This document shows, one piece after another, positions 1-9,366 of a stretch of 64,000 nt of DNA. The stretch's first letter is position 1, and each line of letters starts with the position of its first letter. Position numbers and translations under genes: made by a program. Origin of the DNA: an uncultured Gammaproteobacteria bacterium (GTDB taxonomy: Bacteria; Patescibacteriota; Microgenomatia; Daviesbacterales; UBA10151); assembly GCA_964551605.1 (NCBI GenBank), contig CAZKCV010000003.1, forward strand, positions 15,474-79,473, given 5' to 3'. The notes under the pieces were generated by a model. It was not told the origin of the DNA. It was given only the letters and a program-made list of their open reading frames with translations, and made no database searches.

Positions 1-1
1 G

Positions 2-553
2 GAAGCGATCACCAAAGATAATGTTTCTGCCCGGGTTAATGCCGTAATTTATTACCGGATCAGTGCCGCCCAAAAGGCTGTTTTAGAAGTAGAGGATTTC
101 TTTTACGCTGTTTCACAGCTGGCCCAGACCACTATGAGAAATGTTATTGGAGAAACCTCTTTAGATGATTTGCTCTCCAAAAGAAATGAAGTAGCAGATA
201 AGATTCAAAGAATTATCGATAAAGCCACTGATCCCTGGGGAGTTAAAGTTGAATCGGTAGAGCTTAAAGATATTATTCTGCCTGATGAAATGAAGCGGGT
301 GATTGCCAGGCAAGCTGAGGCAGAAAGGGAAAGAAGAGCCATTGTGATCCGGGCCGAGGGCGAAAAAGCAGCAGCGGAAAATATCGCCACGGCCGCAGGC
401 AGGCTGGCCAAAACTACCGGCGGTTTACATGTCAGGACCTTACAAACCCTATCCGAGCTTTCTGCTGACAAAAATAATACCATTGTCTTTGTCACGCCTT
501 TGGAAATACTGCGCGCTTTTGATGGCTTCATCAAAAAGGGATCAAAAAAATAA
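2..553 (+). CDS. SPFH/band-7 (stomatin/prohibitin-like) domain protein, 5' end truncated by window edge
   Basis: ORF open from position 2 in the frame of the 134..553 ORF. Translation carries stomatin-like motifs: DNV.V.VNAVIYYRI, QLAQTTMRNVIGE..LDDLLSKR, and a Glu/Arg/Ala-rich C-terminal coiled coil. Confidence 0.7.
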   Translation, partial: EAITKDNVSARVNAVIYYRISAAQKAVLEVEDFFYAVSQLAQTTMRNVIGETSLDDLLSKRNEVADKIQRIIDKATDPWGVKVESVELKDIILPDEMKRVIARQAEAERERRAIVIRAEGEKAAAENIATAAGRLAKTTGGLHVRTLQTLSELSADKNNTIVFVTPLEILRAFDGFIKKGSKK

Positions 554-568
554 TTATGCCGGGGGTTT

Positions 569-1030
569 TCAGCTTCTCCCTCTGAGGAAATTAAGAATTT
601 GGTTTAACAAATCTCTAATTTGATCCAGCGGGCCTCTGGCTCTCACTCTGACATCAGCCCCCTGTTTAAGTTTAATCTCCACCTCTTGATCGTCTCTAAA
701 AACTTTGATTTCCTCAGCAAACTTTTTATTATCCACTATAACCCCCTCTACTTTTGCATCCTCCCCCACTTTTAAAGTGCCTTTTTGTTCAAATTCCCTG
801 ACCAGTGAAGGATCAATAAAAATAGTATTTCCGGCAATGGTGAAATTATCAGAAGCAATGGCCGAAATTCTGCCGCTGATTTCAAATCTATTTCCTTGTA
901 TCTCTACCTTTTGCTCTATCCTCTCTCTTATCTCCACTTCATTCTCATCCCCGTTTCTGCCTTCCACTGCCAAAAGAGAAACCGGCATCAATAACACTAT
1001 ACCTATTAAAACTATAAGTATTCTTTTCAT
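569..1030 (-). CDS. secreted hypothetical protein
   Basis: 153 aa. The N-terminus MKRILIVLIGIVLLMPVSLLA looks like a signal peptide. No recognisable catalytic motif. Confidence 0.5.
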   Translation of the reverse strand: MKRILIVLIGIVLLMPVSLLAVEGRNGDENEVEIRERIEQKVEIQGNRFEISGRISAIASDNFTIAGNTIFIDPSLVREFEQKGTLKVGEDAKVEGVIVDNKKFAEEIKVFRDDQEVEIKLKQGADVRVRARGPLDQIRDLLNQILNFLRGRS

Positions 1031-1095
1031 ATATTTAAGCTAGCACAATCGGGTAAAAAATAAGTAAGTTTTAGGCAACAATTAGGTTAAAGCTA

Positions 1096-1458
1096 TTAGA
1101 GGTACTTTTTAACTTTTTTGACTAAATTAGCTATGTCAAATGGTTTTTCCAAAAAATCATCCGCCCCGAAGTCTTTAGCAGTTTTTGCCAAATCCCGGGT
1201 AGCCGAGACCAAAATAATCGGGATATGCTTGGTGCTGGCTTGACTTTTTAAGTTCCTGCAGATTAGTTTTCCGTCTGAGTGGCCCATCCAAAGATCAAGT
1301 AACAACAAATCAGGTAAATTAGTTCTCATCTCTTTTATGGTTTGCTCATCCACGGCTATTGCTACTTCAAAACCGTTCATCTCTAAAATTGTTTTAACTA
1401 CATCAGCAATCCCCTGGTCATCTTCTGCCACCAGGACTTTTTTCTTGATATCAGTCAT
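1096..1458 (-). CDS. response regulator receiver domain protein (CheY-like, stand-alone)
   Basis: 120 aa with Asp-pocket residues (EDD...LLLLDLWMG..DG) and a conserved K in LEKPF. Overlaps the upstream kinase gene by 4 nt. Confidence 0.8.
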   Translation of the reverse strand: MTDIKKKVLVAEDDQGIADVVKTILEMNGFEVAIAVDEQTIKEMRTNLPDLLLLDLWMGHSDGKLICRNLKSQASTKHIPIILVSATRDLAKTAKDFGADDFLEKPFDIANLVKKVKKYL

Positions 1459-3125
1459 TTAGCCTCTCCTTTGCCTAAAGGAATAGAAAAAGAAAAGACT
1501 GAGCCTTTTCCGGTCTCGCTTTCCACCCAGATTTTACCTTCATGCCTTTTAATTATTTCTGAAGAGATATAAAGCCCCAATCCCAAGCCGGTAGGAGTCC
1601 GCTCTCCCAGGGTTTCAATCTGATAAAACCGCTTAAAGATTTTTTGTTGCTTTTCTTTAGGAATTCCGATACCAAAATCTTGTACTGACAGGACAATTTG
1701 GCCATTCTTACCATTAGTCATAACTTTGACTTGATTTTTTCGTTGAGAGTATTTAACAGCATTTGTCAGAAAATTGGTCAGCACCTGGCCAATACGCTCC
1801 CTATCTCCATAAACAACCGTTGTCCGGGCTAACTCTTTAACCATCTCATGTGCCGGTGAGATACGCTGCACTTCTTCTACAGTCTCATCAACCATTTCAT
1901 TAAAATCAAAATAATCTTTATTAAACTGTAACTTGCCGGTTTGTATCCTGGTAATATCCAGCAGCTCTTTAATTAAGCTGATTAATCTGTTAACTTGTCC
2001 CTCCATCTTTCCCAACATCTCTGCTGACTTGATATCGCCCTGATCATAAAATACCTGTTGTAGTACTTGGGCATAGGCCTTAATGCTGGTAACAGGAGTT
2101 TTTAATTCATGAGTGGCCACTCCCAGAAAGTGATCTTTCTGCTGTTCCAGTCTTTTTAATTCAGTAATATCTACGCCATAAACCCTGACGCTGCCGATTT
2201 CAGCCACATAATGGATACTTTCCCGATACCATCTGTCTCCCAGGTTTACCTCCCGAATCGAAGACCTGTTCGTTTTTTTCATGCGCTGCGGTTTAATACC
2301 AAGAAGAAATGGATGTTGGCTGTTTTTATCTAGGATATCGGGAAAAAGTTTAAGTAAAGCCGGATTAACATAAGTCACATTGCCCTGCATATCCATTTCA
2401 GCAATCGGATTAATGTTCAATCTGGGAAATGAGGCTAAATGAACAATTTCTTTTTCCACCCGACGGAGTGCCTCTTTTGCCTGTTTTTGACCGGCGCTTT
2501 CGATAATTTCCCAGGATCCGGAGCGCTTAATCAGTGCAAATTGGTGGTTGGTAACTACATCTATAATCTCCCCGGCCCCGCATTTATCAAGAAAATAGGT
2601 ACATAAAACCAGTAGCTTGTAAGGGCCGATGACATTATTTATTTGGGCTTCATAAGAGGCAAAATCATCCCAATCTTTTTTATTATCAATCCAGAAAGGA
2701 TTACCGCTTACCCTCATGCCGTCAAAGCCGCGGGCTTTCCCCTCATTGTGTTTCCCTACCCACTTTTTTAGCACCCTCTTCATCTCAAACTTACCGCTTT
2801 TTAAATACCAATTGGTATAAGGAAAAATCTCTATCTGCCCTTTTTTTAAGTATTTGGCAAAATTAGGAATGGCCTTTTTCATGGCCGCCTTAGCCTCCTG
2901 ATCAGTTAGAAATTCTGAAGTCACCCAGACACAGAACTCGTTATTTTCCAACCCGGCCTTAAAATAACGCACTAAAATATCAGAAAGATCTTTTTTTGTC
3001 TGATAAAACTGGCAAAAATGGGTACCCCAGGGTAAATCACCGACAATTTTTAAACCTGAGTCTCTTAGCCCCTGTTTGGCTGTTTTTGCGGCCTTTTTCA
3101 TAGAAGATCTAAAATACCCCCGCAT
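1455..3125 (-). CDS. sensor histidine kinase (MEDS-like N-terminal domain, PAS, HisKA, HATPase_c)
   Basis: H-box HELKTPVTSIKAYAQVL, and a G-box region DFGIGIP...GLGLGLYIS. The N-terminal ~200 aa resemble a MEDS/DcmR sensory domain. The longest ORF starts at 3179 and overlaps the ZIP gene; an internal Met (MRGYF at 3125, or MKK at 3101) is the more likely start. Confidence 0.75.
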   Translation of the reverse strand: MRGYFRSSMKKAAKTAKQGLRDSGLKIVGDLPWGTHFCQFYQTKKDLSDILVRYFKAGLENNEFCVWVTSEFLTDQEAKAAMKKAIPNFAKYLKKGQIEIFPYTNWYLKSGKFEMKRVLKKWVGKHNEGKARGFDGMRVSGNPFWIDNKKDWDDFASYEAQINNVIGPYKLLVLCTYFLDKCGAGEIIDVVTNHQFALIKRSGSWEIIESAGQKQAKEALRRVEKEIVHLASFPRLNINPIAEMDMQGNVTYVNPALLKLFPDILDKNSQHPFLLGIKPQRMKKTNRSSIREVNLGDRWYRESIHYVAEIGSVRVYGVDITELKRLEQQKDHFLGVATHELKTPVTSIKAYAQVLQQVFYDQGDIKSAEMLGKMEGQVNRLISLIKELLDITRIQTGKLQFNKDYFDFNEMVDETVEEVQRISPAHEMVKELARTTVVYGDRERIGQVLTNFLTNAVKYSQRKNQVKVMTNGKNGQIVLSVQDFGIGIPKEKQQKIFKRFYQIETLGERTPTGLGLGLYISSEIIKRHEGKIWVESETGKGSVFSFSIPLGKGEAK

Positions 3126-3144
3126 TCTACCAAAGAAAATAATA

Positions 3145-3936
3145 TTACTCAAGCATACTAACCAGTAAATAAATAACAAACATCCCCAGAAAAAGTAATA
3201 TAGTTTGAATTATAGCCACATTTTTTTTGTCCTCATGGTGGATTTCCGGGATCAAGTCAGAGGCGGCAATATAGATAAAAAAACCGGCCGCTAAGGCCAG
3301 GAAAGCCGGTAAAAAGGCTTTTATATTCTCACCGACTAGAAAGGCAACGATCGCTCCGCCTATAGCCACTAAAGCGCTCAGGACATTGATAGCTATAACC
3401 TTTTTCTTTTTTAACCCCCTATGAAGCATAATGGCAAAGTCCCCTATCTCCTGGGGAACCTCATGAGCTACTATAGCCAGAGACGTTACCACCCCTAAGG
3501 GAATACTGACCATAAATGTTAGGGCAATCACTATCCCGTCAATAAAGTTATGAGTACTATCGCTAATAATTAGTAACGGGATAATTGATTTACCTTCCCG
3601 GGGGCTGGTATGGTCAGAAGCATGGTGGTGAAACCAATGGATAAACCGTTCCACCAAAAACAGCACGGAAAATCCGACCACAGCCCAAAGGAAAATATCC
3701 CCGCCAAACTCTTCTGCCTCCTCAAAAGCTTCCGGCAACAGATCAAAAAAAGCTGTTCCCAATAGCACACCGGCCGCAAAGGAAGTTAGAAAATGAGCTA
3801 TTTTAATAGCAAATTTTTCCTTATACAGCAGTATTAACCCCCCAATTAAAGAAGCAATACTGCCTAAGAATGTAAAAAGTAAAATATAACCTAAAACTGA
3901 CATGATTTTAATTATTATACACAATCTATTTTCCAA
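3145..3936 (-). CDS. ZIP family divalent metal transporter (ZupT-like)
   Basis: 263 aa polytopic protein with HHHASDH and HEVPQEIGDFAIMLHRGL, the ZIP signature with metal-coordinating His/Glu in adjacent TM helices. Confidence 0.8.
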   Translation of the reverse strand: MENRLCIIIKIMSVLGYILLFTFLGSIASLIGGLILLYKEKFAIKIAHFLTSFAAGVLLGTAFFDLLPEAFEEAEEFGGDIFLWAVVGFSVLFLVERFIHWFHHHASDHTSPREGKSIIPLLIISDSTHNFIDGIVIALTFMVSIPLGVVTSLAIVAHEVPQEIGDFAIMLHRGLKKKKVIAINVLSALVAIGGAIVAFLVGENIKAFLPAFLALAAGFFIYIAASDLIPEIHHEDKKNVAIIQTILLFLGMFVIYLLVSMLE

Positions 3937-4787
3937 ACACCTTTTTCTCTAAAAGCAGGAATAGTTTGACGCTTAGCTGCATTTAATATCACAGGGGCTG
4001 GTTTATTCTGCTGAATCGCAAATTCAGTAGCCTCAATAATTGTAGATCCTTTTAAATAAGCCGTTCTTTTATGTAAAGCCTCCATCAGGGCAAGCGAAAT
4101 TATTTTTCCCATTGTTTTAATTGTTTTATCATCTCTGTATTCCTTAAACGAGCTATAATAGATTTGTTTCTCCTTGTCCCGGATGATTATCCCCGGAAAC
4201 CCTAATCTATATAGCTGATAATTTATGATCACTCTGCCGATCCTACCATTACCATCATTAAAGGGGTGAATTGTTTCAAATTGCAGGTGGAACTTAGCAA
4301 TCTTGTCCACAAAATAACTTATGTTGTTACTTGAGTACTCTATTAAAGCCTCTTCAAGCATCCGTTCTATATGTTCCGGAGGTGGAGCAATAAAACTACC
4401 TATCCGGACATACTCTTCTTTCTTCCGTAATCTTCCGGCAATGCCTTCGTCTATATTCCCTAGTAACATTTGATGAAAAAGCAATATGGTTTCCTTAGAA
4501 AGCTCTTCCGAAGACTCGCCGCGCACATACTCCATAACCCCGGCCAGATTCTTAGCTTCGTAAACTTCACGCAGACTGACATTGCGTGAAACTTCCATCT
4601 CAAGGAGAATCTTTTCTGTTTCTTTCAAAGTAAGTGTGGAGTTTTCTATGGCATTGGAGTTATAAACACTTTCCGGAATTTCGGCTTCGTCAATAATTTT
4701 AAGTAAAGACTGCTTACCTATTTTAAAACGGTCATATTCTTTTTTAAGGGTTTCTATTCTTTTTTGCAGAAAAAGAGGAGTTGGCAT
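3915..4787 (-). CDS. Fic family protein (canonical HPFxDGNGR motif)
   Basis: 290 aa. HPFNDGNGRIGRVIINYQL matches the Fic core motif HPFx[DE]GNGRxxR. Confidence 0.8.
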   Translation of the reverse strand: MPTPLFLQKRIETLKKEYDRFKIGKQSLLKIIDEAEIPESVYNSNAIENSTLTLKETEKILLEMEVSRNVSLREVYEAKNLAGVMEYVRGESSEELSKETILLFHQMLLGNIDEGIAGRLRKKEEYVRIGSFIAPPPEHIERMLEEALIEYSSNNISYFVDKIAKFHLQFETIHPFNDGNGRIGRVIINYQLYRLGFPGIIIRDKEKQIYYSSFKEYRDDKTIKTMGKIISLALMEALHKRTAYLKGSTIIEATEFAIQQNKPAPVILNAAKRQTIPAFREKGVWKIDCV

Positions 4788-4805
4788 AAGAATTGTATTA
4801 TATCA

Positions 4806-4867
4806 AATTCACGTTATTTTGTCAATTTAACGTGAATTATATGCCGTTTACGGGATAAATTCACGGT
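4806..4867. promoter_or_regulatory. perfect 10-bp inverted repeat (AATTCACGTT-N13-AACGTGAATT) plus a third half-site copy; candidate operator upstream of the fic gene
   Basis: aattcacgtt at 4806-4815 and its exact reverse complement aacgtgaatt at 4829-4838. A further aattcacgg copy lies at 4858-4866. All sit in the 228-bp intergenic region immediately 5' of the fic start at 4787. Confidence 0.4.
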
Positions 4868-5015
4868 ATTTTTGCTCCCCAAGCCTTGACTTATTATATC
4901 AGCCTATTTTAGATACATTCTCCAATAAAAGTTATCCGGGGCAATTAAGTCAAAGGATAAATGTCCAAAGCTACTTCTTCATAAGGATAGACTTTCTTTA
5001 CTGATCTTCCCATAT

Positions 5016-6110
5016 TTATTTAAAGTAAGTTTCATTGGCAAATTTGATTTGTTCAATAAACAATCTTTTAATATGGACTATACTGAGCTGCTCATAAAAA
5101 AGTATTAAGGCTTTCTTAAATTCCTCTTCATCCACACTCCTGTAAGATAAAGGGTAAAGATCCCAGGCCAGCAAGATAGCATTAGTTAACATCCTTCCTG
5201 TTCTTTTATTCCCGTCAGAATATGGCTGAAGATAGGGAATCATAACATGGGCAATTAGGGCCTTCTCAAAATAATCCTGAGCCAGATTTATTGCTTTGAC
5301 TATTCTCTCAAACGCCTCTTTTATTTGAAATTCATTGTCAGGGGGTCTATAAAGCGTGCCTGTTATACCCACCGCTTGTTTTCTAATTCCGGTGGAGATG
5401 GATAAATCCTTAACTAAAATATTATGCAGTTGATTAATGTCTGAAGTAGAGATTACCTGAAAATCATTTTTATTTTTAAGTATGGTGTCAAAAGCTGATT
5501 TATGGTTTAAAATCATAATAGCCTCATCCTTAGTTTTACCTCTCGCCTCTTCCTGCTCTTTAATTAAACTTTCAGTTTCCAGGAGGGTATAAGTGTTACC
5601 TTCAATTTTGGAAGACTTCCATGATAGCTCAATAACAAATCTTTCCAGTTCCCTTTGCAAGATGTCCGGTGCTAAATGGCTGGTTTTTTGGATAAAACTG
5701 AACTTCGATTTTTGAAGATCAGCCAGCTCGTTGGGTAATAAAAGGTTATGTAGAAATTTAAATACACCCCCGTCAAAACCTTTTTTAACATCTGCTCTTT
5801 TATCAGGATCCAGGGCAAAATACTGTTCAAGATCAAAATAGCGCAGGAGTGGATTATCTACCACTGATAAATAACGGGTTGCCTTTGCTTTACCGTCAAT
5901 TTTTATCAGCTTAGCACTAAGAAGAATATTCAAATCCCGGATTAATGTTGGTTTTGATATTGGATATAATTTCTCAACTTTTCCCTGAATTTCTTCTCTA
6001 AGTAACCCTTCTGACTGGTTGATAATATTTAAAATATAACTTTGCCTTGGAGTAAGGATCGTCTCATTCATGTGTATCAATCGTATCATATTGAGACGAT
6101 CTGTCAACAC
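5016..6110 (-). CDS. Fic/Doc family protein with variant core motif (QPYSDGNKRTGR) and N-terminal winged-helix-like region
   Basis: 364 aa. HVMIPYLQPYSDGNKRTGRMLTNAILL aligns to the Fic/Doc motif, but with Gln in place of the catalytic His and a Doc-like Lys. The N-terminal region (LTPRQSYILNIINQSEGLLREEI) looks like a wHTH. Confidence 0.6.
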   Translation of the reverse strand: MLTDRLNMIRLIHMNETILTPRQSYILNIINQSEGLLREEIQGKVEKLYPISKPTLIRDLNILLSAKLIKIDGKAKATRYLSVVDNPLLRYFDLEQYFALDPDKRADVKKGFDGGVFKFLHNLLLPNELADLQKSKFSFIQKTSHLAPDILQRELERFVIELSWKSSKIEGNTYTLLETESLIKEQEEARGKTKDEAIMILNHKSAFDTILKNKNDFQVISTSDINQLHNILVKDLSISTGIRKQAVGITGTLYRPPDNEFQIKEAFERIVKAINLAQDYFEKALIAHVMIPYLQPYSDGNKRTGRMLTNAILLAWDLYPLSYRSVDEEEFKKALILFYEQLSIVHIKRLFIEQIKFANETYFK

Positions 6111-6367
6111 TTCAATTTAGTCAGTATTGACCTCTTCGAGAGCCTGAGGGCTCCTCGGAGCCTCGAAGGCCTGAGTTTGCCGAAAGTGTCAAGAGGTTAT
6201 AATAGGCAAAGCCTGTTACAACGCTTCGCGTTATAATAACAAATTTCAGCTCCACTGAGTTGGAGAGCTTAAGAACTTGCTCTCAAGTTCGCAAGACCTT
6301 GCGACGCAAGCGTCTTAGGACTGGCACTTTTAGAATCAGCGAATGAGGAAGTATGCTAAAGTAAATT

Positions 6368-7447
6368 ATGGGGCAAAAAGGGAATCTCGCAGTTTTGATT
6401 CTAATTGTCTTTATTATTATCTCCATCATCGCTATTATCGGAAGTCTTCTTATCCATAATCGTTTGGGGCTTTGGCCAAAAGATTTAATTTCAAACAGGA
6501 TATTTTCCAGGGAGCAGATGGAAGAGAAAGCCGCAGGTCTTGAAAGAAATTATCCCAAAGTTATCAAGGGGAACTGGGAACCTTCCTCTTTTCATATGTC
6601 CAAAATGCTGGATGAAGATTTAAATAAGATTAAAAGTCTCGGCGTTAACACAGTTTCCGTTTCTGTAGAATATAGTCTTAACCAAGATGGCACTCCGTCT
6701 CTCAAAGACGAAAACCAGTTGATATCTAATATTGTCAAAGCAAAAGAAAATGGCTTGGCAGTTTTAGTGGCCCCTAATTTTGTAGGTTCTGCCGGGCATA
6801 ATTTTAAGGAGGAAGGAATCGATATTGCTCTTGAGGATTATCTGAAGGTCTCGGAGGAAGTTGCCCTAAAATGGGCGGCAATTTCTGAAAAATATAAAGT
6901 GGAATTTTTTGCTCCACAAAATGAGTTCAACGGGATAATTGGAGGCAATTTTGCCCAAGGCGATGAGGAAATTGCCCATATAACTTCAGAGTGGCACCGC
7001 AATCTCCTGCCCAAAATAAAGACAGTTTATTCTGGCAAAACCATGATGAAGTTGTCCACAGTGCAACAAGGTACGGATGCAGCCGGCTATGACCTGGTGG
7101 GAATTACCATCTTTCATGGAAATGATGAACTGGGAGAATTTAGAAAACGAATTATCTCGCAATATCAAATCCTAAAAGATGTTGCGGAAAAAAGCGAAGC
7201 CATGTGGCTGGTTTCTGAAGCATGGTTTGCATACGGTGGACCATTTTTCCAACAAACCCAAAACAAAGCAGGAGAATCTTTGAATGAACTTCAGGATGAT
7301 TATTTTCAAATTTCCCTGGATGAGTATTTAAAATTTACAATTGATAAACCGGCAGGCTATATTTTTATTGCCTGGATCATGCCCGGAATGGATATTAAAA
7401 ACCGTCCGGCAGAAAAGGTAATTAAAGAATATTTTGGTAAATTATAA
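6368..7447 (+). CDS. membrane-anchored putative glycoside hydrolase (GH5 / clan GH-A-like TIM barrel)
   Basis: 359 aa with an N-terminal TM anchor. Candidate acid/base motif FAPQNEFNG (NEx) and candidate nucleophile region WLVSEAWF. Assignment rests on motif resemblance only. Confidence 0.4.
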   Translation: MGQKGNLAVLILIVFIIISIIAIIGSLLIHNRLGLWPKDLISNRIFSREQMEEKAAGLERNYPKVIKGNWEPSSFHMSKMLDEDLNKIKSLGVNTVSVSVEYSLNQDGTPSLKDENQLISNIVKAKENGLAVLVAPNFVGSAGHNFKEEGIDIALEDYLKVSEEVALKWAAISEKYKVEFFAPQNEFNGIIGGNFAQGDEEIAHITSEWHRNLLPKIKTVYSGKTMMKLSTVQQGTDAAGYDLVGITIFHGNDELGEFRKRIISQYQILKDVAEKSEAMWLVSEAWFAYGGPFFQQTQNKAGESLNELQDDYFQISLDEYLKFTIDKPAGYIFIAWIMPGMDIKNRPAEKVIKEYFGKL

Positions 7448-7613
7448 TGAACTACTAAAAATATCAGAGTAATAAATGAGAGGCTAAGTTCGGGTAGTAA
7501 GCATTCGGCTCCCGCTGGTAAACATGTTCAGGAATAAAGAGATTGAACTTGGACATAGCCTAGAAAGTCTCAAAGTCCTCTACTCTGAGCTTAATATACC
7601 AGAACGTAGCTTC

Positions 7614-7898
7614 TCAATCTAAAATCACTTCTTTCTCCCCCTTTATATATTGACGAATTAATAAACTAATTAAGGTCTGATAGGCTAAACCATTTCTCTT
7701 GGCTTTAGCTTTAACCTTAATGAGATCCTCTATATTCACCCTTAGCGTAATACTCTTGGTCTCTTGTAACTGCCTAAAGTTTTTAGCTGCCTCCTGAAAC
7801 ATTTCTTTAGTAGCTTCTAAGTTAGGTGTACTAACAAACTCACCCTTATCTAGTGCATCTTCTATCTCTTGCTCGTATTTATCAAGTATTACTTTCAT
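7614..7898 (-). CDS. brnA: BrnA-like antitoxin (ribbon-helix-helix)
   Basis: 94 aa. The C-terminal LIKVKAKAKRNGLAYQTLISLLIRQY is typical of BrnA. The gene lies immediately downstream of, and overlaps by 4 nt, the BrnT-like gene. Confidence 0.65.
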   Translation of the reverse strand: MKVILDKYEQEIEDALDKGEFVSTPNLEATKEMFQEAAKNFRQLQETKSITLRVNIEDLIKVKAKAKRNGLAYQTLISLLIRQYIKGEKEVILD

Positions 7899-8218
7899 TT
7901 TTTGACACCTCCTTTCAGATATTTATCAGTCAAAACCCTACTTGGATAGGCTGTTTTAAGAAAAATTGCTTTTCTTTTCTTATCTATCACATAAGGCACA
8001 GCATATACATATTCTTTTATCTTTACTACTAATATTCTTTGGTGAGGATATTTTTTGCTACTATGCCTTATATTACCTAGTATTTTCTTCCCTTCAATAG
8101 CAGTAACGACATCCTCCAACCCCACTCCTCTAGTTTCTTTTAATAAAAGATTTTTCTCTTCGGCAAACTCAATTCTGTAACCCTGGTACTTCACAAATAT
8201 ATTATACTCTCTGTACAT
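7895..8218 (-). CDS. brnT: BrnT-like toxin (DUF497, RelE-fold ribonuclease)
   Basis: 107 aa. The FAEEKN...KETRGVGLEDVVTAI...RILVVKIKEYVYAVPYVIDKKRKAIFLKTAYPSRVLTDKY pattern matches BrnT/DUF497. Toxin-first order is typical of BrnTA. Confidence 0.65.
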   Translation of the reverse strand: MYREYNIFVKYQGYRIEFAEEKNLLLKETRGVGLEDVVTAIEGKKILGNIRHSSKKYPHQRILVVKIKEYVYAVPYVIDKKRKAIFLKTAYPSRVLTDKYLKGGVKK

Positions 8219-8278
8219 ACTTTGTCAATACAGTAATAGGGCTAGTTAAGACATGATCCAAGATTTTGTATAATAAAT

Positions 8279-8745
8279 ACATGATCAATAACCTTGATGT
8301 AGACAAACTTCTTGATGAAGCTGATATAGAACATCAAAAACAACAATTACTTGAAGTGAGAATAAAAAACCAATTGTTCGTTCATATCAAGAATTTCTTG
8401 ATGAAGATGGAAAAGTTAAAGATAAATCCCCTTTTTATGTAGTTGTCCATAAAGCTGTAATCGAAGACGACAAACAACAAATAGATGAACAGACTCGCAA
8501 AAAAATATTAGGAGAGATTGATTTCATTGAAAAGAATTTCGACCATACCTCTGCTGGTCCTTTTCAAAGAGCAGCCGTACCTCACGATCGACCGATCATA
8601 GTGTGCGGTGCCTATGATGCTGTATGTGTTGGACAACAACACGATTTGCTTATTAAAGGAGGATTTGACGCTTATATATCCAAAGAAGGAACACTACCTT
8701 TTACTCCTAATAAACCTGCATACGAACCGAGTAATCAATAGTTTA
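8279..8745 (+). pseudogene. frameshifted ORF (shift at an A7 homopolymer near 8373-8379); hypothetical protein
   Basis: Frame 1 reads MINNLDVDKLLDEADIEHQKQQLLEVRIKN and stops soon after the A-run. The -1 frame then reads PIVRSYQEFLDEDGKVKDKSPFYVVVHKAVIEDDKQQIDEQTRKKILGEIDFIEKNFDHTSAGPFQRAAVPHDRPIIVCGAYDAVCVGQQHDLLIKGGFDAYISKEGTLPFTPNKPAYEPSNQ with no in-frame ATG. This is either a pseudogene or a homopolymer sequencing error. Confidence 0.35.
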
Positions 8746-8932
8746 GCTTATCCTAACAACCTAAACTCTATTTTGCTCCCCCTCCCTAGGATTACTATAC
8801 CGGAAAATACCTTTGTTTCTATCCTACAAACATTCCAAAATTTAGGCTATATTGGTGAAATGAGACAAAGATGGGAAAAGATTAAGAAACTGCAGGTAAA
8901 TACGGAGGGAATTATTGGTACAAATACAGGAT

Positions 8933-9358
8933 TTATAAATTCTTGAAGAAATGATAGCCATAATTCTTGTATCCTAAGCTCTCGTAAAATTTATGCCCTT
9001 GTTCATGCTTGTATTGAGATTCTATATAAACCCTATGACAACCTAGCTCCTTAGCTTTCTTCTCCACTTCTTGCATTAATACCTTTCCAACTCCATGCCT
9101 GCGAGAATCTGGATCAACATACATCTCATCTAATTCTGCTATTGGCTTTGGATAGCGGATAACAGGCCTGACCGAGAAGGTCGCCACTCCAACTAGTTTT
9201 CCCTCCTCTTCTGAAACATACACAAAATTAGTTGTACTGTTTAGAACTTTTGAGAATGAGTCGTTTTCTAATTTTGAATACCTATCTTCCCCAACAAAGT
9301 CATTATACAAACTCATTATTTGGTGATAATCAGACTCCCTAGCTAATCTAACAATCAT
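8933..9358 (-). CDS. GNAT family N-acetyltransferase
   Basis: 141 aa. RRHGVGKVLMQEVEKKAKELGCHRVYIES is the acetyl-CoA binding motif A (R/Q-x-x-G-x-G/A). Confidence 0.8.
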   Translation of the reverse strand: MIVRLARESDYHQIMSLYNDFVGEDRYSKLENDSFSKVLNSTTNFVYVSEEEGKLVGVATFSVRPVIRYPKPIAELDEMYVDPDSRRHGVGKVLMQEVEKKAKELGCHRVYIESQYKHEQGHKFYESLGYKNYGYHFFKNL

Positions 9359-9366
9359 AGATAATT

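Noticed and set aside
3570-3779. 69-aa minus-strand ORF within the ZIP transporter gene
   Set aside because: It is an alternative-frame ORF nested in a well-supported transporter CDS.
8608-8946. 112-aa plus-strand ORF
   Set aside because: It lies in a different frame from the protein-like frameshifted reading frames at 8279-8745 and overlaps the 3' end of the GNAT gene on the other strand. Its composition (Leu/Ile/Asn-rich AT-frame artefact) is not protein-like.
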